From the NCBI GenBank assembly GCA_947564265.1, contig CANOBK010000004.1, forward strand, positions 69,583-133,582: DNA of 64,000 bases. The letters run 5' to 3'. A model generated the notes under the pieces. The model was given only the letters and a program-made list of their open reading frames with translations. It was not told the DNA's origin and searched no databases. This DNA is from an uncultured Bacillales bacterium. Lineage in GTDB: Bacteria > Bacillota_I > Bacilli_A > RF39 > UBA660. The translations under genes and the position numbers were made by a program. This document shows, one piece after another, positions 35,996-45,769 of the stretch; the stretch's first letter is position 1; every line of letters starts with the position of its first letter.

Positions 35996-36517
35996 ATGGA
36001 TTTTTTAGAACTAGCGAAAAACAGATATTCTTGTAGAAGTTTTTCTGATAGAAAGGTAGAAGGGGAAAAATTAGAGAGAATTTTGGAGGCAGGAAGAGTT
36101 GCGCCTACTGCGGTAAATTATCAACCACAGAGAATTTTGGTTCTTCAAGAAAAGGAGCAGTTAGAGAAATTATGTGAATGTACTGCCTATGGTTGGGGTG
36201 CTCCTGTTATGATGGTTGTTTGTTACGATAAAAATGTATCTTGGAAGAGGAAGTTTGATGGAAAGGATGAAGGGATTGTCGATGCTTCTATCGTAACGAC
36301 TCATATGATACTTGAAATTGCTAGTCTAGGACTTGGAACCACTTGGATTGGTTCTTTTGATCCTGAAAAGGTAAGAGAGGTTTATCAAATTCCAGAACAG
36401 TATGAAATTGTAGCCCTATTACCAGTTGGCTATCCAGGAGAGGATGCAGCACCTAGTGTTGCTCATGAAAAGAGAAATTCTATTGAAGAATTTGTTTTTT
36501 GGGAATCGATTCAATAA
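35996..36517 (+). CDS. nitroreductase family protein
   Basis: [13 protein letters not shown]...[17 protein letters not shown] classic nitroreductase N-terminus; ATG 35996 after AAAGGAGGAG. Confidence 0.85.
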   Translation: MDFLELAKNRYSCRSFSDRKVEGEKLERILEAGRVAPTAVNYQPQRILVLQEKEQLEKLCECTAYGWGAPVMMVVCYDKNVSWKRKFDGKDEGIVDASIVTTHMILEIASLGLGTTWIGSFDPEKVREVYQIPEQYEIVALLPVGYPGEDAAPSVAHEKRNSIEEFVFWESIQ

Positions 36518-36543
36518 TTAAAAAAATGAAAGGAAAACACTCA

Positions 36544-37152
36544 ATGAAAAACAAAAAAATTACAAGGAAAATTAGTCAAGGAATGTATGTACTAACTACA
36601 AAAAATGGTGGGTGTATTGTTGATGCAGTATCTCAAATTAGTGCGGGAGATCATCCATTAATCTCAGTTTCTGTTATGAAAAATAATTATACCAATCAAT
36701 TATTAAAAGAAAACGATAAATTTGCTCTTTCTGTATTAGGAAAAGATGTGAATGCAGAAATCATTACTACCTTTGGAATGAACTCAATGCGTGATATTAA
36801 TAAATTTGAAAAAGTAGAGACAGAAGAAGTGGAAGGAGTCAAAGTAATCAATGATTCTTTAGGTTATATGGTTTGTGAAAAAATAGATTCGATTGAGAAT
36901 GAGACGCATACTTTATTTATTGGAAAGTTGATTGAAGCAGATCTTTTTGAAGACAAGGAAGCTATGAATTATGGTTATTATCAAGAAAACAAAAATGATT
37001 TAATCAAAGTTACTACCGAAAAAGGAAAAACGGCATGGATTTGTACTATTTGTGGTTATATTTATTATGGAGAAGAATTACCAGATGATTTTAAATGTCC
37101 AAAATGTGGAGTTGATAAGAACCTTTTTGAAAAAAAAGAAAGTGGGGTTTAA
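36544..37152 (+). CDS. flavin reductase domain fused to rubredoxin (high-molecular-weight rubredoxin type)
   Basis: [12 protein letters not shown]...AVSQIS flavin reductase-like core; C-terminal [10 protein letters not shown]...FKCPKCG rubredoxin CxxC pairs; start 36526 is also possible. Confidence 0.75.
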   Translation: MKNKKITRKISQGMYVLTTKNGGCIVDAVSQISAGDHPLISVSVMKNNYTNQLLKENDKFALSVLGKDVNAEIITTFGMNSMRDINKFEKVETEEVEGVKVINDSLGYMVCEKIDSIENETHTLFIGKLIEADLFEDKEAMNYGYYQENKNDLIKVTTEKGKTAWICTICGYIYYGEELPDDFKCPKCGVDKNLFEKKESGV

Positions 37153-37158
37153 AAATCT

Positions 37159-37800
37159 ATGGCCTTTGATTATAAAAAAGAATATAAAGAATTCTATTTA
37201 CCAAAGAATAAACCGAGTATTGTCAATGTACCAAAAATGAATTATATAGCGGTTTCTGGAAAGGGTAATCCAAATGAAGAAGAAAGTGAGTATAAAGCTT
37301 CTATCGGACTATTGTATGGGATTGCCTTTACAATTAAAATGAGTTATAAGGGGAATCATAAAATCGATGGGTATTTTGAATATGTAGTTCCACCATTAGA
37401 AGGTTTCTGGTGGCAAGAGGGAAATAAAGAAGGAATCAATTATCAAAAGAAAGATCAATTTAATTTCATCTCTATGATTCGTTTACCAGATTTTGTAACA
37501 AAAAGTGATTTTGATTGGGCAGTAGAGGAAGCCACAAAGAAGAAAAAACAGGATTTTTCAAAGGTTCAATTCTTAACTTATGAAGAGGGACTATGTGTTC
37601 AATCAATGCATATTGGTTCTTATGATGAGGAACCGACTACGATTCAATTAATGCACAAATACATGGAAGAAAATGGATATGAACTTGATATTACAGATAC
37701 TAGATATCATCATGAAATCTACTTAAGTGATCCAAGAAGGTGTGAGAGTAGTAAATTAAAAACAGTGATTAGACATCCAATAAAGAAAATAAATTCTTAG
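37159..37800 (+). CDS. GyrI-like small-molecule-binding domain protein
   Basis: DYKKEYKEFYLPKNKPSIVNVPKMNYIAVSGKGNPN and LEGFWW motifs typical of the GyrI-like family. Confidence 0.7.
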   Translation: MAFDYKKEYKEFYLPKNKPSIVNVPKMNYIAVSGKGNPNEEESEYKASIGLLYGIAFTIKMSYKGNHKIDGYFEYVVPPLEGFWWQEGNKEGINYQKKDQFNFISMIRLPDFVTKSDFDWAVEEATKKKKQDFSKVQFLTYEEGLCVQSMHIGSYDEEPTTIQLMHKYMEENGYELDITDTRYHHEIYLSDPRRCESSKLKTVIRHPIKKINS

Positions 37801-37828
37801 TAAAAAATGATAGAAAAGAAGGATTCAG

Positions 37829-38224
37829 ATGATTACGAAACAGTTAGAAACAGTTATTGAACAATATAAAATTACAAAAACAAAAAATATTTTATATGGT
37901 ACTAATATACCAATGCCTAATATGGTCATTCCAACAGGAATCAAAACATATATTAGATTTGATGAGACTGAAAAATACTTCTTTTACTTTGATGAACAAG
38001 GGATTACCATTTATCCAATTAATGGAGAGTCTTCTGCTAATATCCCTTGGACACAAGTCGAAAACTTTCAAGTCAAACACATTTCAATTCTTGGAAAAAT
38101 GACGATTCAAACGAAGGAAGGAACCTATCAGTTTCAACTCAATCGTTTTGTTCTTGGATGTCCTTGGATTAAAATCAATACGAGATATTTAGAAGAAAAT
38201 CATTATTTTTATCAGAAGAAGTAG
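37829..38224 (+). CDS. hypothetical protein
   Basis: 131-aa ORF with RBS AAGGA; no recognised domain. Confidence 0.5.
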   Translation: MITKQLETVIEQYKITKTKNILYGTNIPMPNMVIPTGIKTYIRFDETEKYFFYFDEQGITIYPINGESSANIPWTQVENFQVKHISILGKMTIQTKEGTYQFQLNRFVLGCPWIKINTRYLEENHYFYQKK

Positions 38225-38243
38225 ATACCTATCTACTTTTTTC
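38221..38243 (+). terminator. rho-independent terminator
   Basis: GTAGAT (38221-38226) / ATCTAC (38231-38236), loop ACCT, then TTTTTT. Confidence 0.65.
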
Positions 38244-38328
38244 AGTAATAAAGAATAGTGTTAAATTTGGATACCCCCTTATTTACAAAAAGCGCTTTCT
38301 AAGTATATAATGACGGTGGTGATGCAAA

Positions 38329-38631
38329 ATGAAAGAAAATTCTTGTAGTCATAAGAAAACATATCGAGGAGAAGAAGAAAAAAAGAAAATCAAGAATCGA
38401 GTGAATCGGATTGAGGGGCAACTAAAAGGAATCAAAAGGATGATTGATGAAGATACCTACTGTAATGAGATTTTAACGCAGTTATCTTCGATTGAGAAGG
38501 CTGTCAGAAGTTTATCCAATTATATTTTAGAGAATCATCTTTATAGTTGTATCAGTCAGGATTTAGAGGATGGAAAACTAGAATCCATCGATGAGTTAAT
38601 GAGTTTATTTAAAAAATGGACACAAAATTAA
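38329..38631 (+). CDS. csoR: CsoR-family metal-sensing transcriptional repressor
   Basis: RVNRIEGQLKGIKRMIDEDTYCNEILTQL...NHL..C pattern of the CsoR/RcnR family; upstream of copZ-copA. Confidence 0.85.
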   Translation: MKENSCSHKKTYRGEEEKKKIKNRVNRIEGQLKGIKRMIDEDTYCNEILTQLSSIEKAVRSLSNYILENHLYSCISQDLEDGKLESIDELMSLFKKWTQN

Positions 38632-38654
38632 AAAAATTGGAAGGAGAAAATAAA

Positions 38655-38867
38655 ATGAAAGAAATCGTATTGAAAGTAGAAGGTATGGTTTGTAGTGGGT
38701 GTGAAAATCGAGTACAAAATGCTTTAAGTAATTTAGAATTTGTTAAAAAGGTAGTTGCAGATCATAAAACTAATACAGTAAAAATAATGTTTGATCAAGA
38801 AGGACTGGAAAAAGAAATCAAAGAAACAATTGAAGATCTTGGTTTTGATGTGGTAGAGGAAGAATAA
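38655..38867 (+). CDS. copZ: copper chaperone (heavy-metal-associated domain)
   Basis: GMVCSGC metal-binding motif; 70 aa; ATG 38655 after GGAAGGAG. Confidence 0.85.
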   Translation: MKEIVLKVEGMVCSGCENRVQNALSNLEFVKKVVADHKTNTVKIMFDQEGLEKEIKETIEDLGFDVVEEE

Positions 38868-38870
38868 AAT

Positions 38871-41081
38871 ATGAAAAAGATTATTTTATCGATTGATGGA
38901 ATGACCTGTTCTGCCTGTTCTAATGGATTAGAAAAATATCTAAACAAACAAGAGGGGATTGAGAATGCTTCTGTTAATTTGGTAATGGCAAATGCTACCA
39001 TAGAATATGATGAAAAGAAACTAGATCAAGAGCAGATTGAAATCTTTGTTAAAAAGGCTGGATTTCGAAGCCTTGGGATATTTAAAGAAATCCGATTAGA
39101 AGCAAAAGGAAGGCAAGAAAAAAGAAAGTTAATTCTATTTACGATTTTAGCTCTTTTCCTTATGTATGTTTCCATGGGGCACATGGTGCATTTTCCGAGT
39201 ATTCCTTTTTTTAATCCGCATACAAATCCCAATAACTATGTGTTGCTTTTATTTTTGTTAACGCTGTGTTTTCTTATTTATGGGTTTGATATTTTAAAAA
39301 ACGGATATAAAAATCTAATTCATAAGACTCCCAATATGGATACTTTAGTAAGTATTGGTGTTCTTTCTGGATTATTATATAGCTTATATAATATGTACCT
39401 TATATGGACAGGAAATCAAGAACTGGTTATGAATTTATATTTTGAATCTTCCTCCATTGTCATTTACTTTGTGAAATTAGGTAGGTATATCGATGGTATT
39501 AGTAAAGATAAAACGAAAGAGGCGATTCAAAAGTTAGTTTCTATTACTCCAGATCGCGCAGTGATTCAAAAAGAGGGAAAAGAAAGAATTGTAACATTAG
39601 ATGAAATTAATCAAGGGGATATTGTAATTGCGAGAGCGGGAGAGAGAATCGCTGTTGATGGAAAAATTGTTTCTGGTTTTGCCCATTTAGACGAAGCCTT
39701 TATTACAGGAGAAAGTAAGCCAGTTTTTAAAGAAAGTGGAGATAAAGTAATTGCTGGTAGTATGAATTATGACGGATACCTTGAATACCAAGCTGAAAGA
39801 ATTGGGAAGGAATCTACCATATCAAAAATCGTAGAATTAGTGGTAGAAGCGAGTAATACAAAAGTTCCAATTGCTACCTTGGCAGATAGAGTTGCCAGTT
39901 ATTTTGTTCCTGGGGTGATTTTCCTCGCCATTCTTACTTTCTTCTTTTATCTAGTGTTCGATCAATCATTAGAGATAGCCTTAACTACGTTTATTACCAT
40001 CTTAGTAGTCGCTTGTCCTTGTAGTTTAGGATTAGCAACACCTCTTGCAATTGTAGTTAGTGAGGGAGTATGTGCATCAAGAGGAATTCTCATTAAAAAA
40101 AGTGAAATCCTAGAAAATACACAAAAAGTTAATATGATTGTCTTTGATAAGACTGGGATTTTAACTTATGGAAAATTAAAAATATCAGAGATTCTTCTGT
40201 TTTGTGATAGAAAAGAAGAGAAATTAATGCAACTGGTTGGGAGTATGGAACAGAAATCTACTCACCCAATCGCAAAACCACTTGTCGATTATTTAGAAGA
40301 ACATCATATCGAATCACTAGAAGTAGAAAAATTTGAAAATCATGCGGGGTTTGGAATTGTTGGAACTATTAATCAAAAAGAAATCTTATTAGGAAATGCC
40401 AAGATGTTAAATCAGTTTAAAATTAAAAATTCTTATTTGAAAGAAGAAAAGCGCCTTGCCAAAGAAGGAAATAGTATTGTTTATGTAGTAGAAAATCAAA
40501 AGATTCTAGCCATGATTGCAATCAATGATATTGTAAGAGAAGAAACGAGGCAGGTAGTAGAGAACCTATCTAATCATCATATTGAAGTAATTATGTTAAC
40601 GGGAGATAACGAAGAAACGGCAAAGAAAATTGCAGAAGAAGTAGGAATTACCAAAATGATTTCCAATGCTCTTCCAAAAGAAAAGGCAAGCGTTATAAGA
40701 AATCTCCAAAAGGAAGGAAAGTTTGTGATGATGTGTGGGGATGGGATTAATGATAGTCCTGCGTTAGCCAGTGCTGATATTGGAGTAAGCATCAATAGTG
40801 GGGCAGATATCGCAATGGATTCCTCAGATGTCATCCTAACAAGAAATAATCTTCTTGGTATTTTAGATTTAATTCAGATTAGCGAGAAGACCTTGCGGAA
40901 TATCAAACAAAATCTTTTTTGGGCCTTTTTCTATAATTGTCTCATGCTTCCTATCGCAATGGGAGTGTTGAAACCTTTGGGAGTTTCTATCAATCCTATG
41001 ATTGCCAGTCTTGCGATGGTTCTTAGTAGTCTTACTGTTATCTTAAATACTTTACGATTACGTAAAGTAAAGCAGCTTTAA
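38871..41081 (+). CDS. copA: copper-translocating P1B-type ATPase
   Basis: N-terminal HMA GMTCSAC, TGES, CPC (VACPCSLG), phosphorylation motif FDKTGILT (variant), STHPIA, GDGINDSPAL. Confidence 0.9.
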   Translation: MKKIILSIDGMTCSACSNGLEKYLNKQEGIENASVNLVMANATIEYDEKKLDQEQIEIFVKKAGFRSLGIFKEIRLEAKGRQEKRKLILFTILALFLMYVSMGHMVHFPSIPFFNPHTNPNNYVLLLFLLTLCFLIYGFDILKNGYKNLIHKTPNMDTLVSIGVLSGLLYSLYNMYLIWTGNQELVMNLYFESSSIVIYFVKLGRYIDGISKDKTKEAIQKLVSITPDRAVIQKEGKERIVTLDEINQGDIVIARAGERIAVDGKIVSGFAHLDEAFITGESKPVFKESGDKVIAGSMNYDGYLEYQAERIGKESTISKIVELVVEASNTKVPIATLADRVASYFVPGVIFLAILTFFFYLVFDQSLEIALTTFITILVVACPCSLGLATPLAIVVSEGVCASRGILIKKSEILENTQKVNMIVFDKTGILTYGKLKISEILLFCDRKEEKLMQLVGSMEQKSTHPIAKPLVDYLEEHHIESLEVEKFENHAGFGIVGTINQKEILLGNAKMLNQFKIKNSYLKEEKRLAKEGNSIVYVVENQKILAMIAINDIVREETRQVVENLSNHHIEVIMLTGDNEETAKKIAEEVGITKMISNALPKEKASVIRNLQKEGKFVMMCGDGINDSPALASADIGVSINSGADIAMDSSDVILTRNNLLGILDLIQISEKTLRNIKQNLFWAFFYNCLMLPIAMGVLKPLGVSINPMIASLAMVLSSLTVILNTLRLRKVKQL

Positions 41082-41194
41082 TTACCGAATTTCACCAAAA
41101 ACTTACTGAATCTCACCGATGAATTTTTTTCTTTCTCAAAGTATGATACCATGTTATATACGAAAAATGAGGTAGCTTGAAAGAGGGAATAAAA

Positions 41195-42349
41195 ATGAAA
41201 CATGGATATAACGCTAATTATCGTATCGCAACTTATCATCTTCCAGAAAGTATGATTCGTGTAATTATAGAAGAGTTAAAAAAAAGCAATTTACCTAAGG
41301 AGGTTTTCTTAGTTCAGAAAATAGAGAATTTTCCTCTAGAGGAAAATCAAGATCTAATGGATCAGCCGGATATCATTTTAATTCATGAGGATGAACCGAT
41401 TACAGAAAAAATGAGAGTCTACTCGATTCAAAATTTGGCACAGATTGTGAGAGTTACAGAAAGGTCTTTAGAAAGAGAAGGAAATATGCCGGATTTAATG
41501 ATTTCTACGAACCAAGAACCTTTTGAAAAACATTCTAGGGGCATCTCCTCTTATCGTATTACTTCCCAATTAAGGGAAGGAGTTTCTTTTCTTAGAAACT
41601 TAGCGCAGATGGTAAATATGACAAAATTAAAGTATTTGGGAAACGAAGTTCTTGGTGAGAAAACAATGGTATCTTTAGAAAGCAAAGATGTAGTCATCCA
41701 AAGTTTATTAAGATTAAATAAATTAATTTGTTGGAAAGATAGTTATACAGCGATGCATTCTGATCATGTAGCAGAATATGGGGTTATGATTGGAAGAGAA
41801 GCGGGACTAGATTCAGAACAATTAGAACTCATTCGAATTGGTGGGAAACTGCACGATATTGGGAAGGTAGGAATTCCTGATGTCATTTTACAAAAAACTA
41901 GTAATTTGACAGATCAAGAATTTGAAATTATGAAACATCATACGATTATTGGTACTGAAATTTTACCAGATCAAGGGTATCAAGAGATTAAAGATATGAT
42001 TCGATCTCATCATGAGCGATATGATGGAAAAGGGTATCCAGATGAACTAAGAGGAGAAGAAATTCCTTATTATGCGCGTATTCTAAGTGTAGCGGATACC
42101 TTTGATGCGATGACTACACAACGCAGTTACAATACAAGAAAAACATTAGAGGAAGCATTTCAAGAACTTCGAAGAGCTTCCACCCCTGTTGTGAATGCTT
42201 ATGGGGAAGTGACACAACAACTAGATCCTATTTTAGTGGAATATTTTTTAAGAGGATTTTTAAAAGATGAGAACTTAATGGAGGAATTTAGAAAACAAGA
42301 TGAGGAAATTTTAAAGGCGCGGCAAGAAGAGGTGTTTTTTGTAAAATAG
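41195..42349 (+). CDS. HD-GYP domain protein (putative cyclic-di-GMP phosphodiesterase)
   Basis: KLHDIGKVGIPD and HHERYDGKGYPDEL motifs; N-terminal ~190 aa unassigned. Confidence 0.8.
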   Translation: MKHGYNANYRIATYHLPESMIRVIIEELKKSNLPKEVFLVQKIENFPLEENQDLMDQPDIILIHEDEPITEKMRVYSIQNLAQIVRVTERSLEREGNMPDLMISTNQEPFEKHSRGISSYRITSQLREGVSFLRNLAQMVNMTKLKYLGNEVLGEKTMVSLESKDVVIQSLLRLNKLICWKDSYTAMHSDHVAEYGVMIGREAGLDSEQLELIRIGGKLHDIGKVGIPDVILQKTSNLTDQEFEIMKHHTIIGTEILPDQGYQEIKDMIRSHHERYDGKGYPDELRGEEIPYYARILSVADTFDAMTTQRSYNTRKTLEEAFQELRRASTPVVNAYGEVTQQLDPILVEYFLRGFLKDENLMEEFRKQDEEILKARQEEVFFVK

Positions 42350-42418
42350 AAGGCATTTTGCTTTCTTTTTCTTTTCAATCTTTTTTTCTTAATTCATATA
42401 GTAAAGTAGGAGGAAAAT

Positions 42419-43162
42419 ATGGATTATATTATAAAAAATGGAGTTGGTAGTAAAAATACAACGCCGAATACTGAAAAATCAATTTCTCTTGCTTTAGGTA
42501 ATAATGAATTATCAGGGGTTAGTCTAAATCTTAATATGACAAAGGATCACAAAATCGTTATTTCAAGTAAAAATTATTTAGAGGAAAACCCAAGTATTAA
42601 AATAGAAAATGCTACACTAGAAGAATTACGTGTTTATAATATTGGAACTAGGGTGAGTCCTGAAAGAATTATGACATTAGAAGAAGTGTTAACATCCTTT
42701 AAAAATGATCCTAAATCATTTATTTTTACAATGGAAAATCATGGAAAAAATAATCGAGTATTTGTAGAAGAAGTTGCTAAGATTGTGAATCAATATCCAA
42801 ATAGTAACATTTATATAAAAAGCCCCATCGCAGAAATTATCCTTTATTTAAGAGATTTAGTGCAATTTGCAAAGGTAGGAGCGATTTTGTTGGATGAAAG
42901 TACTTATTTTCTAAAACAAAATTTAGATTTCTATTCTTTATCAGGACCTAGTTTATGTCCTTATTGGTCCAAACAAAAGTCTGAAGAAGGAACCTTATTG
43001 ATGGTTGAAAATATTGTAGATGAGTCTGATGCTGTAGATACCATTCATGAAGTAAAATTATTTTTAAACAAAATGTATATGATAGTAAATGATGCAACCA
43101 CTCTAAATACAATTTATCCTGTTTGTCAAAAGGAACTAGAAAACTTAGAAAGAATCGATTGA
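42419..43162 (+). CDS. glycerophosphodiester phosphodiesterase-like protein with degenerate catalytic residues
   Basis: Alignable by eye to the GDPD N-terminus, but HRG, ENT, ELD and HD positions read KNG, PNT, SLN and SS. Confidence 0.45.
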   Translation: MDYIIKNGVGSKNTTPNTEKSISLALGNNELSGVSLNLNMTKDHKIVISSKNYLEENPSIKIENATLEELRVYNIGTRVSPERIMTLEEVLTSFKNDPKSFIFTMENHGKNNRVFVEEVAKIVNQYPNSNIYIKSPIAEIILYLRDLVQFAKVGAILLDESTYFLKQNLDFYSLSGPSLCPYWSKQKSEEGTLLMVENIVDESDAVDTIHEVKLFLNKMYMIVNDATTLNTIYPVCQKELENLERID

Positions 43163-43230
43163 TTCTTTTTTTCTTTGTCATCTTTTAGAACTATGATATA
43201 ATGTTCTTAGAAAAAGTACGGGTGATAGAA

Positions 43231-43842
43231 ATGAAACGAAAACTTCTTCTGTTTTTTAGTTTTTTCTTATTAATTTTGCCAATGAAATCTTATGCGATGA
43301 ATGAAGTCAATGTCTATTTCTTTTATAGTGATGATTGTAATATTTGTAGTCAAGAAAAGGCATATTTGGAGGCACTCAAACAAAGATATTCGAATATGAG
43401 AATTTATAAGTATGAGGTTTCAAGTGATGCTAATTTAGGTTTGATGAGTCAAGCAAAAGGGTTATATGGAGTCAGTGAAACTGGAGTTCCTTTTACGATT
43501 ATTGGTGATACCACTTATTTAGGATTCTCCCAAAATAAAAAATCTCAAATGCAAAGAAGCGTTTATGATTATTCTACAAAAATTTATGATAATAAGTTTG
43601 GTACTTCCATTTTAGAAATTGGTTATCGTACAGATTTAGAGGGAGAACCACCAGAATATAAGGATAATAGTGATTATACAATCGAAGAGAGTGGACCTAT
43701 GCAGACAACATCACCAAGTAGTGAAAAGAAACCTTTGAATACCAAATATCGAGCGAGTATTATTTTGGTTTCTGTTGGTGTCATTACAGGGCTTACTACA
43801 ATTTTAATTACGATTTATGAAAGGAGACATCGTTCATGGTAG
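43231..43842 (+). CDS. secreted/membrane-anchored thioredoxin-fold protein
   Basis: Signal peptide, NVYFFYSDDCNICSQEKAYL CxxC motif, C-terminal TM. Confidence 0.55.
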   Translation: MKRKLLLFFSFFLLILPMKSYAMNEVNVYFFYSDDCNICSQEKAYLEALKQRYSNMRIYKYEVSSDANLGLMSQAKGLYGVSETGVPFTIIGDTTYLGFSQNKKSQMQRSVYDYSTKIYDNKFGTSILEIGYRTDLEGEPPEYKDNSDYTIEESGPMQTTSPSSEKKPLNTKYRASIILVSVGVITGLTTILITIYERRHRSW

Positions 43843-44528
43843 GATTTCTAATTGCAGGAATTGTTATTTTTTCTATTGTCATTGTTGTATGCGTGATCTT
43901 ATTAATCCGTTTATCGGGAAAAGAAACTTTGTTGATGGAAGTTTCGAATCGATATCTAAAGGATATTGGAAAAGACTATAATAAAGATACCTTTGCAATG
44001 GCAATTTATGAATTGTATCGGGATATTATTGATGGTGTTCAGAACGAAAGATATGAGTTTCTAAGAGATGTATTGTCTGATGAAATTTATAATAGTTACT
44101 TAAGAGGAATTAAATTGAGTAAGGATCATCAAGTAAAAAATATCGTTGCTGATATGAAACCTACATTTTCACGATTAGTCAGTTTGATTATCAAAGGAGA
44201 TATGGAGGTTGCCAAGGTATGGATTCGAGTTTCCTTTTTAGAATATGCTTTAGATGTTACGCCTTTAACAGAAGAACAAAAACAAGTAGTAAAGGGAGAT
44301 CGGATTGTTGGAGGAAGTAAGACGAGAAGACTGGAAAAGGAATATATCTTAACCTTGGTAAAGGCTCATACACCAAAAGAAAGCGTTGCGTGTCCTTCTT
44401 GTGGACATGTAACCCATGTAGTTTTACGAAATCAATGTACTCGTTGTGGTTCTAATATTGCCAATCGTAGATATCATTGGGTTATGATTGGAAAGGAAGA
44501 GAAGCCTTTATCGCAAATAGTAAAATAA
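43836..44528 (+). CDS. membrane-anchored Tim44-like domain protein with C-terminal zinc ribbon
   Basis: N-terminal TM; AIYELYRDIIDGVQNERYEFLRDVLSDEIY Tim44-like; CPSCGH...CTRCG. Confidence 0.5.
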   Translation: MVGFLIAGIVIFSIVIVVCVILLIRLSGKETLLMEVSNRYLKDIGKDYNKDTFAMAIYELYRDIIDGVQNERYEFLRDVLSDEIYNSYLRGIKLSKDHQVKNIVADMKPTFSRLVSLIIKGDMEVAKVWIRVSFLEYALDVTPLTEEQKQVVKGDRIVGGSKTRRLEKEYILTLVKAHTPKESVACPSCGHVTHVVLRNQCTRCGSNIANRRYHWVMIGKEEKPLSQIVK

Positions 44529-44557
44529 AAAAGGTAATCATGGTGATGATTGCCTTT

Positions 44558-45427
44558 TTAATATAGTTCATTCTTTAATAAATCAATATTATCATTCATT
44601 AAAGTCATATAATTTTCATCATTATCTCTTTCTGTGTCTGTCATGTTGTCTAATCTTTTATATGTATAGGTTGGAACTTTGGTTTCCTTAATTAGTTGTT
44701 TGACAATTTCATTAGAATCTGTCTTGTCTAAAAGAAATATATGTTTTACTTCTCCACTTTGAATCATTTCTTTAACATCGCTTACTCTTTTCTCAGAAAC
44801 AGGATTCGTTTGGTTATCTAAAGAAATAACAGTGAATCCATATTTTTCTAAAAATAGGAGAGAGTTACTATTGACAACAATGGTCTTTCTCGTAGCATTT
44901 TGTGCGGTTAATCTGATTTCTGCATCCAATTCAGATAATTCAATCTTAATTTTATCATAAGCTTCGTCAATTTCTTTCTTTAAATAATTATTCGTAATAT
45001 ACTCATTTAAACCATTTCTAATATTTTGGCTAATCATTAATAAATTGGAAGGGTTTAGCCAAAGTTCTTCTTCTCCGTATAGTGTTTCCATTCCAGAAGT
45101 AGCATCAATAATCATCATGTTTTTATTTCTTTCAAGTAGTTCTAAGGCTAAATCTTTATCACTACCAATCCCGCTATAGATGAATAATTCCTTTTTACTA
45201 TAGTCACTAATACTCTTACTCCTTAAAGTATAATTCTTAATATCTGTCCCATCTGGATAAATGGAAGTGACTAAAGAATGATCTCCATATAAGTAATCTG
45301 CGATAAACTCATAGGGATAGGCAGTTGTTACAATTTCAATACCTTCTAGATTATCTTTTTTTAAACAGCCAGTACACAATATAGAAATTAATAATAAGAT
45401 ACTAAAGATTCGTTTTCTTTTTTTCAT
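44558..45427 (-). CDS. metal ABC transporter substrate-binding lipoprotein (ZnuA/TroA-like)
   Basis: Lipobox ILCTGC; [15 protein letters not shown]...LWLNP pattern of cluster A-I binding proteins; no cognate permease or ATPase adjacent. Confidence 0.6.
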   Translation of the reverse strand: MKKRKRIFSILLLISILCTGCLKKDNLEGIEIVTTAYPYEFIADYLYGDHSLVTSIYPDGTDIKNYTLRSKSISDYSKKELFIYSGIGSDKDLALELLERNKNMMIIDATSGMETLYGEEELWLNPSNLLMISQNIRNGLNEYITNNYLKKEIDEAYDKIKIELSELDAEIRLTAQNATRKTIVVNSNSLLFLEKYGFTVISLDNQTNPVSEKRVSDVKEMIQSGEVKHIFLLDKTDSNEIVKQLIKETKVPTYTYKRLDNMTDTERDNDENYMTLMNDNIDLLKNELY

Positions 45428-45650
45428 TTTTCTTCTCCTTTTTTTGAGGAACAGGATCATAACCATATCCTCCCCAAGGGTTACACCTTAAAATTCTTTT
45501 TATCATTAGAATGGATCCCTTAAAGGCACCAAATCTGTCAATCGCTTCAATCGCATAGTTCGAACAAGTTGGTTGAAATCTGCAGTTGTCATGCCATGGC
45601 CCAGGAATCATTTGATAGATTTTAATCCATCCAACGAGTAGGTATTTCAT
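45402..45650 (-). CDS. yidD: membrane protein insertion efficiency factor YidD
   Basis: IKIYQMI...[23 protein letters not shown]...RILRCNPW conserved YidD motifs; start 45662 is also possible. Confidence 0.85.
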   Translation of the reverse strand: MKYLLVGWIKIYQMIPGPWHDNCRFQPTCSNYAIEAIDRFGAFKGSILMIKRILRCNPWGGYGYDPVPQKKEKKNEKKKTNL

Positions 45651-45769
45651 ATAATTCACCATAAATTTATTCTACTATTTTTTTTCTTCTTTTACAATCA
45701 TTAGTTTTTAATTGTTGACGAGTTAGGAAAACAAATTTATAATAAAAGACACTTAGAGGGTGAAAAGTT

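Noticed and set aside
37052-38102. Overlapping track ORFs 37052-37240, 37857-38102 and 37892-38080
   Set aside because: They are alternative frames of the rubredoxin-fusion, GyrI-like and 37829 genes. They have no RBS and low-complexity products.
38265-38300. CsoR operator upstream of csoR-copZ-copA
   Set aside because: Only a half-site-like ATACCCCC (38271-38278) is present. I could not find the matching GGGGTAT arm, so no operator is called.
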